64,000 nt of DNA, from the NCBI GenBank assembly GCA_030390025.1, contig CM059431.1, positions 105,960,001 to 106,024,000 on the forward strand. Reading direction: 5' to 3'. The notes beneath the pieces are model-generated. The model saw nothing but the letters and a program-made list of their open reading frames with translations, did no database searches and had not been told where the DNA came from. A program made the translations under genes and the position numbers. Shown here one piece after another: positions 1 to 12,401 of the stretch. The DNA is from Squalus acanthias. Taxonomy: Eukaryota. The first letter of the stretch is position 1, and each line of letters starts with the position of its first letter.

Positions 1-345
1 CAGATGCTGAGAGGCTGTTTCCCCTGGCTGGAGAGTCTAGAACTAGGGGGCACAGTCTCAGGATAAGGGGTCGGCCATTTAAGACTGAGATGAGGAGGAG
101 TTTTTTTCACTCAGAAGGTTGTGAATCTTTGGAATTCTCTACCCCAAAAGGCTGTGGATGCTCAGTCGTTGAGTATATTCTAGGCTGAGATAGATAGATT
201 TTTGGACTCAAGGGGAATCAAGGGATATGTGGATCAGGCGGGAAAGTGGAGTTGAGGTCGAAGATCAGCCACGATCTTATTGAATGGCGGAGCAGGCTAG
301 AAAGGCCGTATGGCCTACTCCTGCTCCTAATTCTTATGTTCTTAT
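1..345 (+). mobile_element. CR1 LINE 3' fragment
   Basis: ORF2 C-terminal motifs (SRTRGHSL, VNLWNSLP) plus the 3' tail shared with other CR1 copies in the window. Confidence 0.85.
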
Positions 346-349
346 GTTC

Positions 350-790
350 ACAGGAGCATTATCAGACAGGATTTGACACCGAGCCACATAAAGAGATAGT
401 AGAACAAGTGACAAAAATTTTGGTCATATAGGTAGGTTTTAAGGAGCGACTTAAAGGTAGAGAGGTAGAGAGGCGGAGGTGTTTAGGGAGGGAATTCCAG
501 AGCTTAGGGGCTAGCAAGCTGAAGGCACGGCCACCAATGGTGGGGCGAAGGAAATCAAGGATGCGCAAGAGGCCAGAATTGGAGGAGTGCAGAGGTCTCG
601 GAGGTTTGTAGGGCTGGAGGAGGTTACAGAGCCAGGGAGACAAGGATGAGAATTTTAAATTCGAGGTGTTGCCAGTCAACGTAGGCCAGCGAGCAAAGGG
701 GAGTTGTGTGAACGGGACTCGGTGCGAGTCAGGATACTGGCAGCACAGCATTAGATGAGCTGACGTTTGCGGAGGGTGGAAGGTGGGAGG
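350..790 (-). mobile_element. L2-type LINE 3' fragment
   Basis: Minus ORF motif TIGGRAFSLLAPKLWNSLP; repeated many times in the window. Confidence 0.8.
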
Positions 791-795
791 CCGGA

Positions 796-1288
796 AGGTG
801 CAGGTCCGTGAGGTTGAATCCTGAGATGAAGGGGTTGTCTTAGGAAGAAATGTTGAGCAGGCTGGGCCTATACTCATTGGAGTTTAGAAAAATGAGAGGT
901 GATCTTATTGAAACATATAAGATTCTGAAGGGGCTTCACAGGGTAGATGCTGAGAGGATGTTTCCCCTCGTGGGGGAATCTAGAACTAGGGGGCATCATT
1001 TCAGAATAAGGGGGCACCCTTTTAAATCGGAAATGAGGAGGAATTTCTTCTCTCAGAGGGTCGTGAATCTTTGGAATTCTCTTCCCCAGAGAGCTGTGGA
1101 GACTGGGTCATTGAATATATTTAAGGTGGAGATAGACAAATTTTTGAACGATAAGGGAGTCAAGGGTTATGGGGAGCGGGCAGGGAAGTGGAGTTGAGGC
1201 CAAGATCAGATATGATCTTATTGAATGGCGGAGCAGGCTCGAGGGGCCAAATGACCGACTCCTGCTCCTATGTCATATGGTCTTATGT
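796..1288 (+). mobile_element. CR1 LINE 3' fragment
   Basis: ORF 850..1197 LGLYSLEFRKMRGDLIETYKIL...FFSQRVVNLWNSLP. Confidence 0.9.
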
Positions 1289-1999
1289 AAATGCCAAGAC
1301 ATGAATCCAGCATTTCTCCACTCCACAGGAGCTGTTTCCAGAGCTGCCTCTTCCTGAAATGGAGTCAGTCCAAAATCGCTGCGCTGAAGGTACAATTCCT
1401 CCTCAAAGAGGTCAGCCGGTGCACCTCAACAACGAACCCAAACCAGCAAAGACCGAACGACGCCATGGCCTGCTCATTCTTGCTGCCACCCGCCAGTTTT
1501 TTTTAAAAAAACCTCCAGTTTGAATGTTACAAAGCAACTTTTTAGTACTCCTGCATAAATTTGGCAGCTGATATCCGCCGTATCCCTGCCATTCCACCTG
1601 TCTACATTTTGACGGTTCTCTTCCTTATCACAGTCCTGTCAAAAAAGTTCAGTCTGTGTAACTCTGATTCTGTTTTTCCTCAGACAGTTTGAAAACCTAG
1701 ACTGGGTAAGACAACAGAAATGGATATTGTGATATGCCACTCATTCCCCCTATCTGATTGTCTCATACTGATGATATCACTCGAGCATGGCACTGAACAC
1801 TATCAGCTGTCAGTGACTGATTCTAGATTACTCTCTTTTTTTTGATAACGAACACTGAAAAGCTGCTATTGAAAAGCTAGTCTAGTCTTTTCTTTTCTGT
1901 CATCTTTATTCTGTTACTTGGATAAGGATTTGATGGGTTCCGTTACAATACATGGTGGGTAAAGTCATTACAGCAATGGCAGGGCCTGCTTTTCATAGC

Positions 2000-2345
2000 A
2001 ACATAGAAAATAGGAGCAGGAGCAGGCCATTCGGCCCTTCGAGCTGCTCCGCCATTCAATATGATCATGGCTGATCCTCTATCTCAATTCCCGCTCTCTC
2101 CCCATACCTCTTGATGCCTTTTGTGTCTAGAAATCTATCTATCTCCTTCTTAAATATATTCAGTGACTTGGCCTCCACAGCCTTCTGTGGTAGAGAATTC
2201 CACAGGTTCACCACCCTCTGAGTGAAGAAATTTCTCCTCATCTCAGTCCTAAATGCCCTACCCCGTATCCTGAAACTGTGACCCCCTCATTCTAGACCCC
2301 CCAGCCAGGGGAAACATCCTCCCTGCATCCAGTCTGTCCAGCCCT
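2000..2345 (-). mobile_element. CR1 LINE 3' fragment
   Basis: Reverse complement of the CR1 ORF2 end and tail. Confidence 0.8.
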
Positions 2346-2487
2346 GTCATGCATCATCCATGCGGGGAGCGGGGACTTGAAGTCCAATATTAGATCACAT
2401 TTATCATGCATCGAGCTTTCTCTTCTTCCAGCTATAAAGAGCCAAAATATTCCACCAGAATATAAACCGCTTGGAACTCTGGTAACC

Positions 2488-2924
2488 CATCACCCCTGTG
2501 CTCGTCGACCTACATTGGCTTCCAGTCTGGTAAAGTATCGATTTTAAATTCTCATCCTTGTTTTCAAATCCCTCCGTGGCCTCGCCCCCACCCTATCTCA
2601 ATAGCTTCCTCCAGCCCCACAACCCTCTGAGATCTCTGCGCTCCTCTAATTCTGGCCTCTTGCGCCTCCTCGATTTTCATCGCTCCACCATTGGCGGCCG
2701 CGCCTTCAGCTGCTGAGGCCCTAAGCTCTGGAATTCCCTCCCTGACCCTCCCTACCTCTCTCCCCCCTCTTTTAAGATGCTGCTTAAAACCTACCTCTTT
2801 GACCAAGCTTTTGGTCACTTGTCCTAATATCTCATGTCAAATCTTTGTCTGAAACACTCCTTTGAAGTGAATTTGGACGTTTTTCTACCTTAAAGGCGCT
2901 ATATAAATGCAAGTTGCTGTTGTT
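2488..2924 (+). mobile_element. L2-type LINE 3' fragment
   Basis: LHWLPV...IGGRAFS...LWNSLP; tail ends ggcgctatataaatgcaagttg. Confidence 0.8.
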
Positions 2925-3404
2925 GAGACTGAAAGGCTCCCTAACATAGTGATAGGGTAGAGATTCCTTAACGTTAGCTCCCTCAAGGAGACAGTTTCTC
3001 CGAAGTTATTTTGTTCTGTTTGATGCACAGGAAATGTTCAGGTTTTGGCTTTGAAGCTGTCGCACATTGTGGGGTTCTGTTACTGTGAAGTATCCTGCGT
3101 CAAACAGAACAGACTGGGCCGAATCTTACAAAAACGAGGGGGAGCCTAGTCCACGTACAGCGTGTGTCAAAAGATGTCGGGCGTAATGCTGTGATTTCTC
3201 CGATGTGCTCTGCCAGCGGGCAGCTCCTCCACTGTAACTTCAACAGAGGAGGAACAAACAGGGGTTCCACCATACTTTTAGCCAAGTTATGGCAGTGGAG
3301 CAGGAGCAGCTCCGAGGAAATTCCTGGACTTAGGAGAGTCCAGGCGTGGTCCGATAAAAGCACTATACGGTCTGAACATGGTTTCCTCTGTCTTGTGTTT
3401 CCCT

Positions 3405-4025
3405 TACATAGGATATACGGCACAGAAACAGGACATTCGGCCCAACCAGTCCATTCCGGCGTTTATGCTCCACTCGAGCCTCCTCCCGTCTTTCCTCATC
3501 TAAATCTATCAGCGTAACCCTCTATTCCCTTCTCCCTCATATGCTTGTCTAGCCTCCCCTTAAATGCATCTATACTATTTGCTTCAACCACTCCCCTGTG
3601 GTAGCGAGTTCCACATTCTCACCACTCTTTGGGTAAAGAAGTTTCTTCTGAATTCCCTATTGGATTTCTTGGTGACTATCTTATATTGATGGCCTCTAGT
3701 TGTGCTCTTCCCCACAAGTCGAAACATTCTCTCTGTATTCACTCTATCAAAACCTTTCATAACTTTAAAGACCTCTATTAGCACCCCCCATCAGCCTTCT
3801 TTTTTCAAGAGAAAAGAGACCCAGCCTGTTCATCCTTTCCTGATATGTATACCTTCGCATTTCTGGCATCATCCTTGTAAATCTTCTCTGCACCCTCTCC
3901 AGTGCCTCTATATCCTTTTTATAATATGGCGACCAGAACTGTACGCAGTACTCCAAGTGTGGTCTAACCAAGGTTCGATACAGGTTTAGCATAACTTCAC
4001 TACTTTTCAATTCTATCCCTCTAGA
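3405..4025 (-). mobile_element. CR1 LINE 3' fragment
   Basis: LYRTLVRPHLEYCVQFWSP motif in ORF 3765..4244. Confidence 0.9.
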
Positions 4026-4074
4026 AATTGATTGGGGAAAAAAAAGGTTGGTATCAACGATTAAAGTACAGGTA

Positions 4075-4371
4075 CAAAAGCAAAATACTGCGGCTGTTGG
4101 AAATCTGAAATAAAAACAGAAAATGCTGGAAATACTCAGCAGGTCAGGCAGCATCTGTGGAGAGAGAAACAGAGTCAACGTTTCTGGTCGATGACCCTTC
4201 GTCAGAACTGGAAAAAGTTGGAGATGGAACAGGTTTTTAAGCAAGTGTAGGGGGGAAGGAGAGGAAAGAACAAAAGGGAAGGTCTGCGATAGGGTGGAAG
4301 GCAGGAGAGATTAAGGGACAAAAGGGATGATGGTGCAAGGCAAAAGGAGATGGTAATGGGACAAGTATTTA
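4075..4371 (-). mobile_element. Penelope-type terminal-repeat fragment with hammerhead motif
   Basis: 13-bp direct repeat taaagtacaggta at 4062-4074 and 4372-4384; homologous to the Penelope 3' end at 61570-61975. Confidence 0.75.
4173..4209 (-). ncRNA. Minimal type I hammerhead ribozyme motif (slightly degenerate)
   Basis: Minus strand AGTT-CTGACGA-AG-GGTC atc GACC-A-GAAA-CGTT-GACT. Confidence 0.55.
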
Positions 4372-4825
4372 TAAAGTACAGGTATTTCCATCCCCCAGCT
4401 CTCAGCTGCACTGACGGTAACCAGAAACAGGATCCGTCTGCTTACCTTGAACATGACCTCTTGGACTGAAGTGAGAAATCACAATACACATGCAAGCTCG
4501 ACGCAACGCAATGGAGAAAACACGATTCAATCTAATAATGTGATTCTAGAATCGCGTATTCAGCTAAACTGTCATCTTGGAGATAGGAATCTACACAGAC
4601 ATTCCTGAGCAACATGGAAAAAAAAATCGTTTGACCAGTCCCATGATTGGTACAACCTCAAAAATGTTGCGGAAGCATTTTTTTAAAATATTCAATGCAT
4701 AAGGCATTGTACTCCTTTTAGCCCATGGAAGCGTGCCAATTTTATATGAAAATTCAGTGTCGCAGTTGAGCTATGTAGAAGAAGAAGCACTCATGCCTGG
4801 CCTGTGTCCAAATTTACAGCTTAAA

Positions 4826-5290
4826 AAAAAGGCTTGCATTTCTATAGCGCCTTTCACAACCTCAGGATGTCCCAAAGCACTTTACAGCCAATGAAGTACA
4901 TTTTGAAGTGTAGTCGCTGTTGTAATGTGGAAAACGCGGCAGCCAATTTGCGCACAGCACGCTCCCACAAACAGCAATGTGATAATGACCGGATCATCTG
5001 TTTTTGTTACGTTGATTGAGGGATAACTTTGGCCAGGACACCGGGGAGAACTCCCCTGCTCTTCTTTGAAATACTGCCGTGTGATCTTTTATATCCACCT
5101 GAGAGAGCAGACGGGGGCCTCGGTTTAACTTCTCATCCAAAAGACGGCCCCTCCGACAGCACAGTGCTCCCTCAGCACTGCACTGGGAGTGTCAGCCTGG
5201 ATTTTGCGCTGAAGTCCCTGGAGTGGGACTTGAACCCACAACCTTCTGACTCAGAGACAAGTGTGCTACCCACTGAGCCACAGCTGACAC
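4826..5290 (-). mobile_element. tRNA-derived DeuSINE (SacSINE1-like), full length
   Basis: tRNA-like head with A/B boxes, central Deu-type domain, tail similar to the L2 3' end. Confidence 0.8.
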
Positions 5291-5911
5291 TCTTAATACC
5301 AGTTATAAGGACTACAACTCAAAGGCCCTTTTGTCATGTTGAGTCGCTGCAGATTGCTTGAGACTTTCCACCTCAACACTCCTGGCATACTTTGGGAGAG
5401 TACATATCAGGAAATTCTACGCACCCAGGCCTGTACTTTTCTGACCATTGAAATGAATTAGAAAGTAATGGTCAGAAAATCAAGAGCAGAGAATGCGGAA
5501 TTTGGTAACAGGCATTATAGGGCTAATGTGGAAAATCCCAACCTTTGTGTCTAGATTTGGTATACACTCGTTTATTAATGTTAGAGCACAAGCTCATCAC
5601 AGAAGGAAAATATCCATTACGCTGTGAATGGGTGAATAACAAATAAGATTTTAAAGTAGTCCAAGTCTGCTGTGATTTTATATCCTCCTTTTTTCTTGCT
5701 CAACCCCTTAGTCTTCCTGGTGTAGATATAGTTCAGTTCATGAAAAAATATCTTTACAGAGGTAAATTAAAGTCTTGCAGTCCAGTAGTTCTTACTTTAA
5801 CTTAGAGAGCGAGGTGAAAGGCCTAAGGTCCTTTGGTACAGAACCCCAGCAAGGTTGAAAATAGCAGGAAAAGCACTGTTGCTCTCCACCTTGCCCCTTA
5901 GTCAACACCAG

Positions 5912-6368
5912 AACAACAACTTGCCTGCATATAGCGCCTTTAACATAGTAAAACGTCCCAAGGCACTTCACAGGAGCGATATCAAACAAATTTTGCCATT
6001 GAGCTACATAAGGAGATAATAAGACAGGTGACCAAAAGCTTGGTCAAAGAGGTAGGTTTTAAAGAAAGAAGAAGAAAGAAAGATTTGCATTTATACAGCC
6101 CCTGTCATGACCTCAGGATGTCCCAAAGCGCTTTACAGCCAATGAAATACTTTTGAAGTGTAGTCACTGTTGTAAGGAGTGTCTTAAAGGAGGAGGGAGT
6201 GGTAGAGAGACGGAGAGGTATAGGGAGAGAATTCCAGAGCTTAGGGCCTAGGCAGCTGAAGGCACGGCCGCCAACGGTGGAGCGATGGAAATCGGCGATG
6301 TGCAAGAGGCCAGAATTGGAGCAGCGCAGAGATCTCGGAAGGTCGTAGGGCTGGAGGAGCTTACAGAG
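5912..6368 (-). mobile_element. L2-type fragment with a DeuSINE tail inserted at about 6062-6172
   Basis: L2 sequence resumes on both sides of the SINE 3' piece. Confidence 0.75.
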
Positions 6369-6484
6369 AATATCAGCGGACTATTTTAGCATGGGGCTAT
6401 TATATCTATGGCTGATTCTACCCTCACCTGACATCCAAATACAGGCACTTCTGGGAGGAGTCAATCACAAAATCATAGAACATA

Positions 6485-6950
6485 GTGTCAGCTGTGGCTC
6501 AGTTGGTAGCACTCTTGTCTCTGAGTCAGAAGGTTGTGGGTTCAAGTCCCACTCCAGGTTCTTGAACACATAAAGCTAGGCTGACACTCCAGTGCAGTGC
6601 TGAGGGAGTGCTGCACTGTCGGAGGTGCCGTCTTTTGGATGAGACGTTAAACCGAGGCCGCGTCTGCCCTCTCAGGTGGACGTAAAAGATCCCATGGTGC
6701 TATTTCGAAGAAGAGCAGGGGAGTTCTCCCCGGTGTCCTGGGCCAATATTTATCCCTCAACCAACATAACAAAAACAGATTATCTGGTCATTATCAAATT
6801 GCTGTTTGTGGGAGCTTGCTGTGCGCAAATTGGCTGCCGCGGTTCCCACATTACAAAAGTGACTACACTCCAAAAGTACTTCATTGGCTGTAAAGCGCTT
6901 TGAGACGTCCGGTGGTTGTGAAAGGCGCTATAGAAATGCAAGTCTTTCTT
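6485..6950 (+). mobile_element. DeuSINE (SacSINE1-like), full length
   Basis: gtgtcagctgtggctcagttggtagc...ggttcaagtccc head, Deu domain. Confidence 0.85.
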
Positions 6951-8039
6951 TGTTTTCTTCAACAGTACAACACAGAAGGAGGCCTTTTGGCCAATCTTTC
7001 GAAGAGCAATCCAGTTAGTCCCACTCCCCCAGTGGACGGGAGAAACAAGCAGAAAGCTTAACTGGATGTTTTTTCCACCTTCCTAACCTGGAAAGGGTGA
7101 GTAACCGCACAGCAAACTGTCAAATATTGGACCTGCATTACCCACATATTTTTCCGGCACCATGCTTTCACCTGTAAAGCAGTCGGACGGAGTTCTGATG
7201 GTTAAATCTGATCTCCAAAATTGAAAAAGAAATGCAACCTTGCTCAACAAAATTAAAACATCCAACTGTTAAGGATCATTTGCTTCCGTTTTAAACTTTA
7301 TGAACAGTGAAATGATTTTTTTAGTGCTGTCATGAACAATACATTCAAAGAGATGCGATAATTAAGGCACACGGAGCGGAATAGATATTAAGCTGGTACC
7401 AAGTTAGCAATTTGCCATTCAAACTGAAGAAAAGGATTCATTGAAAATGATTGAAGCGTCAGACACCGCCATTGTTGTACGGTGCCAGTGAGGCAAATGC
7501 ACCATTTCGTGCTGCTGGAGCTCCATGTGCTCAGGTACATGTGCAGATCTCAGTCACTAAGGCTGCAGTTTATACGGCCACACTTGCTCCGAAGCGGCTT
7601 GCCCTCGCTAGGTGAGGGGTTTCACAAAGATGTTGACCAGGTCGTAGCAGGCAGCTGCCCAGAGCTTGGGCCTACACCTAAGACAACAGTCGAATAGGCT
7701 GCATCATGACGTCAGCACGCGCCAAGACTGCAGAAAAAAGGCACTGTCCAGCAAAAGCCCGGCAGCTTGCAGCTATCAGACTACAGGGCTGTTTGTATCT
7801 CCCGCTGGGGGCGGACGGCAATCCCGCACGGGAGTTTGAGTCGGAGGCCCCGCTGATTTTAACTGCCGGGCCTCTTTGGAACGCCGCCTGGTCAACCGCT
7901 CGGCTTTTGACTGGGGGAAAGCAGGCTGGCTGGGGAGGTTGAAGGTCAGGTGTGTCACGGGACCCTGATTTGCATTTATTAATGAGGCTCCTGTTGTAAT
8001 GTAGGAAACGCGTCAGCAGTGGCTGAACAACAACTTATA

Positions 8040-9290
8040 TTTTGTCTAACCAATTTGATTGAATTTTTCGAGGGGGTGACTAGGTGTGTGGATGAGGGCA
8101 GTGCAGTTGATGTAGTCTACATGGACTTCAGTAAGGCTTTTGACAAAGTACCACATGGGAGACTGGTCAAGAAGGTAAGAGCCCATGGGATCCAGGGCAA
8201 TTTGGCACATTGGATCCAAAATTGTCTTAGTGGCCGGAGGCAGAGGGTGATGGTCGAAGGTTGTTTTTGTGACTGGAAGCCTGTGTCCAGTGGTGTACCA
8301 GAGGGATCGGTGCTGGGTCCTTTGCTGTTTGTAGTGTACATTAATGATTTAGATATGAATGTATGATCAGTAAGTTTGCAGAAGACACGAAAATTGGTGG
8401 GGTGGTAAATAGCGAGGAGGGAAGCCTCAGGCTACAGGACGATATAGACGGGTTGGTTAGATGGGCAGAACAGTAGCAAATAGAATTCAACCCTGAAAAG
8501 CGTGAGGTGATGCATTTTGGGAGGACTAACAAGGCAAGGGAATACACAATGAATGGTAGGACCCTAGGAAGGACAGAGGATCAGAGGGACATGTACATAG
8601 ATCCTTGAAGGCAGCAGGACAGGTAGATAAGGTGGTTAAAAAGGCATATGGGATTCTTGCCTTCATTAGCCAAGGCATAGAATATAAGAGCAGGGAGGTT
8701 ATGATGGAGCTGTACAAAACGCTAGTTAGGCCACAGCTGGAATACTGTGTGCAGTTCTGGTCGCCACACTATAGGAAGGATGTGATTGCATTGGAGAGGG
8801 TGCAGAGGAGATTCACCAGGATGTTACTTGGGCTGGAGTGCTTCAGCTATGAAGAGAGACTGGACAGGCTGGGGTTGTTTTCCTTAGAGCAGAGAAGGCT
8901 GAGGGGGGACCTGATTGAGGTGTACAAAATTATGAGGGGCATAGATAGGGTAGATAGAAAGGAACTTTTCCCCTTAGTAGAGGGGTTAATAACCAGGGGG
9001 CATAGTTTCAAGGTAAGGGGCAGGAGGTTTAGAGGGGATTTGAGGAAAAACTTTTTCACCCAGAGGGTGGTTGGAATCTGGAACTCACTGCCTGAAAGGG
9101 TGGTAGAGGCAGGAACCCTCACAACATTCAAGAAGCATTTAGATGAGCACTTGAAACGCCATAGCATACAAGGCTACGGACCAAGTGCTGGAAAATGGGA
9201 TTAGAATAGACAAGGCTTGATGGCTGGTGCAGACACGATGGGCCGAAGGGCCTCTTTCTGTGCTGTATAACTCTATGACTCTATGACTAT
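8040..9290 (+). mobile_element. CR1 LINE, 5'-truncated, RT domain with stops and frameshifts
   Basis: YMDFSKAFDKVPH, SGVPEGSVLGPLLF; (ctatgact)n tail. Confidence 0.95.
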
Positions 9291-9364
9291 TTATTTAGCG
9301 CCTTTAACATAGTAAAACGTCACAAGGCGCTGCACAGCAGTGTTATAAGATGAAAATTTGAATC

Positions 9365-10018
9365 TGTGTGAGTGTGTCTGTGTGTGTGTGAGTGTGCGCG
9401 AGAGTGTGAGTGTGTCTCTGTGTGTGTGTGAGTGTGTGTGAGTGTGTGTGAGCGTGTGTGTGAGCGTGTGTGTGAGAGAGAGTGTGAGAGTGAGTGTGTG
9501 TGTGTGTGTGTGTGTGTGAGTGTGTGTGCGTGAGAGAGAGAGTGTGTGAGTGAATGTGTGTCTGTGCGTGTGTGTCTGTGAGTGTGTGTGTGTGTGTGAG
9601 TGTGTGTCTGTGTGAGTGTGTGTGAGTGAGAGTGAGAGTGAGAGTGAGTGTGTGTGTGAGTGTGTGAGTGTGAGTGTGTGTCTGTGTGAGTGTGTGTGTG
9701 AGAGTGTGTGTGTGTGAGAGTGTGAGTGTGTGTGTGTGACTGTGTGTGTGTGAGAGTGAGTGAGTGTGTGTGTGTGTGTGTGTGAGTGTGTGTCTGTGAG
9801 TGTGTGTGAGTGAGAGTGAGTGAGAGTGTGTGAGAGTGCGTGAGTGTGTGAGTGTGTGTGTGAGTGTGTGTCTGTGTGAGTGTGTGTGTGAGAGTGTGTG
9901 TGTGTGAGAGAGTGTGAGTGTGTGTGTGTGACTGTGTGTGTGTGAGAGTGAGTGAGTGTGTGTGTGTGTGAGTGTGTGTGTGTGTGAGCATGTGTGTGTG
10001 TGTGTGTGTGTGTGTGTC
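9365..10018. repeat. Compound (TG)n/(TGAG)n microsatellite
   Basis: About 650 bp of interrupted TG/AG dinucleotides. Confidence 0.98.
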
Positions 10019-10940
10019 TACTTGCAGTTCGGAGTCTGTGCCCATAAAGAAGCAGAAGGTTTGGAGTCATGTAAATAAATTATCAATCCACGTACCAGTA
10101 GATACACATAGGAAATTAAGTCTTCCAATAACAACTAATTGATGTTTGGTCATCACTAAACAGGAAGCTGAACACAGTTTTAATAATCAAAAGCTACTTA
10201 AGTTCTGCTGCATAGAGGCTTTTTTTTTTTTTACTGTGCTTAAACCAAAGCACAATGTTACACCACTCAAAGCCTGTCAGTAAGACAAAAGTACCTCAAT
10301 TTTATGATAATATATTCACTAACCTCTTAATTCTTCTATTATTCTGCTTTGGAAACCGACTGCCTTATAATACCCTCCTGTGAGTCATGTTCACTATTAT
10401 CTGGAGTGAGCAAATTACAATATCCTCTCCCAGTCTCCAGTTCGGGTCATTTCAGCTCTACTTATAGATGTCATTAATGCAAGGTTCTCGTTTTACCGAG
10501 GCCATCGCATATAATTCTTTGTTTAAAATTTGGATGGTTGGGAACAATTATCAAGGCTGCAAAGATGAAAGGGGTCCAATAACATTCACAAACCTCTCGA
10601 GCCATGCTGGAGTATCTCTTGTAGTCATTTCAAATGGCATGAATCTTTCCGATCATATCTCTAGAGTTGGTCTAAAAGTGATTAACACCACTGTAATGGC
10701 AGCCACCCCCGCCCCAAGCATGACCTCTACATTCCACAATGGATTGCAGAGATAGCACCAAAATCTGGCTTCGTGTTCTGTAATCCAGCAGAACAGAGTC
10801 CAGCTTTCAGAAACCAAGGCCGCATACAATCAATCCTTCATTTATCCTTAAACTGATCGTAAGAGGTCAGATTTTAAATGGGCTTCTCTGTGAGGGAACT
10901 GCAGACATGTCTCGTCTTAGGTCAGCAGTAAACACACAGA

Positions 10941-12027
10941 GGCCTCGATTTTCACCCACCCCCGACAGGCAGGAAAGGGCGATCCCACCGCCAACCCGCC
11001 GTGTTCCCAGCCTCCGTAATATTAACAGTCGGCGATTCAGGCCCTGGTCGAGGTCCCCGCCAAAGGCAGGCGGGGGCCTACTTAACATGCAACAGTCTCG
11101 GCCTGATGTCATCATCGGTGCCGTTATATAATAGCAACTTCATTATCCCGCACTGTCTGTTGCCCCAGCAGCAGAAACATGCCAGAAGAGGCCCAGTTAA
11201 GTTTAAGAAATCGGCCTTCTGTTCGAACTCCTTGTGGGCTAGGAGGTACAGGCCCTTTGAAGAGTTCTTGGGTCTCCCCAGCCTCGGCCTTTATTGTTAT
11301 TCATTCACGGGATGTGGCCTTCGCTGGCATGACCAGCATTTACTGCCCATCCCTAATTTCCCTTGAGAAGGCGGTGGTGATCCGCCTTCTTGAACCGCTG
11401 CAGTCCGTGAGGTGGAAGTACTCTCAGAGTGCTGTTAGGGAGGGAGCTCCAGGATTTTGACCCAGCGACGATGAAGGAACGGCGATATATTTCCAAGTCA
11501 GGATGGTGTGTGACTTGGAGGTGGTGGTGTTCCCATGTGTCTGCTGCCCTTGTCCTTCGAGGTGGTAGAGGTCGCGGGTTTGGGAGGTGCTGCCGAAGAA
11601 GCCTTGGCGAGTTGCTGCAGTGCATCTTGTAGATGGTACACACTGCAGCCATGGTACGCCGGTGGTGGAGGGAGTGAATGTTTAAGGTCCTGGATGGGGT
11701 GCCAATCACCCCAATCGTGCTGGAAACGCCCCCACCACCCCGTCGACCTTAGATGCCTGGTCGCTTTCAGACCTGACTGCCGGGGACCGTTGCCATGGGT
11801 CCCTGGTGGTGGCCTCCCAGTGTCACACTCAATCTCCACCCCCGCCGGCCAATCTGATCGGCTGTCTGGTGGGGACTGCGAGAAGTTTTATATAAATGAG
11901 GCCCAGCCATCAAGATCGACAGTGCCTCCACATCCCCAAAATCTCTGGGTGTGTCTCCCACTACCGGGCTCATGCGCACCCTTCCCGCCCACCAACCCCC
12001 CATCCCACTACTGTAAAAATCAAGGCC
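10941..12027. mobile_element. PIF/Harbinger-type non-autonomous element with a nested LINE fragment
   Basis: TIRs ggcctcgattttca / taaaaatcaaggcc (12/14 match), 3-bp TSD AGA on both sides. Confidence 0.75.
11292..11708 (-). mobile_element. CR1/L2-group LINE 3' fragment
   Basis: HSLHHRRTMAAVCTIYKMHC...SKSWSSLPNS, resembling a LINE ORF2 C-terminus. Confidence 0.75.
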
Positions 12028-12048
12028 AGAGAAGCAAGCTTTAAAATA

Positions 12049-12401
12049 AAAGACTAGCATTTACGTAGCGCCTTTCACAACCGCAGGACATCCCAAAGCG
12101 CTTTACAATGTAGGAAATCCAGCAGTCAATTTATGCACAGCAAGCTCCCACAAACACTGATAATGACCAGATAATCTGTTTTATTGGTGATGTTGATTGA
12201 GGGATAAATATTGGTCAGGACACCTGCTCTTCTTCGAAATAGTGCCAAGGGATCTTTTACATCCATTTGAGAGAGCAGACGGGGCCTCGGTTTAACGTCT
12301 CGTCCGAAAGACGGCACCTCCGACAGTGCAGCACTCCCTCAGCACTAGATTTTGTGCTCAGTTGACTGGAGTGGGACTCGAACCCACAATCTTTTGCCTC
12401 G
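12049..12401 (-). mobile_element. DeuSINE, internally deleted
   Basis: Homology to other copies. Confidence 0.8.

Noticed and set aside
6485..6560. tRNA gene (also at other SINE heads)
   Set aside because: tRNA-derived SINE head continuing into the Deu or V domain
7609..7678. Possible terminal exon CRPKLWAAACYDLVNIFVKPLT*
   Set aside because: Protein-like but short; no phase-compatible upstream exon found and no recognised homolog
8605..9204. 199-aa ORF and similar ORFs as host genes
   Set aside because: CR1 ORF2 fragments in 5'-truncated copies with upstream stops and frameshifts
9291..10070. 259-aa and 241-aa His/Thr-rich ORFs
   Set aside because: Translation artefacts of the (CA)n microsatellite
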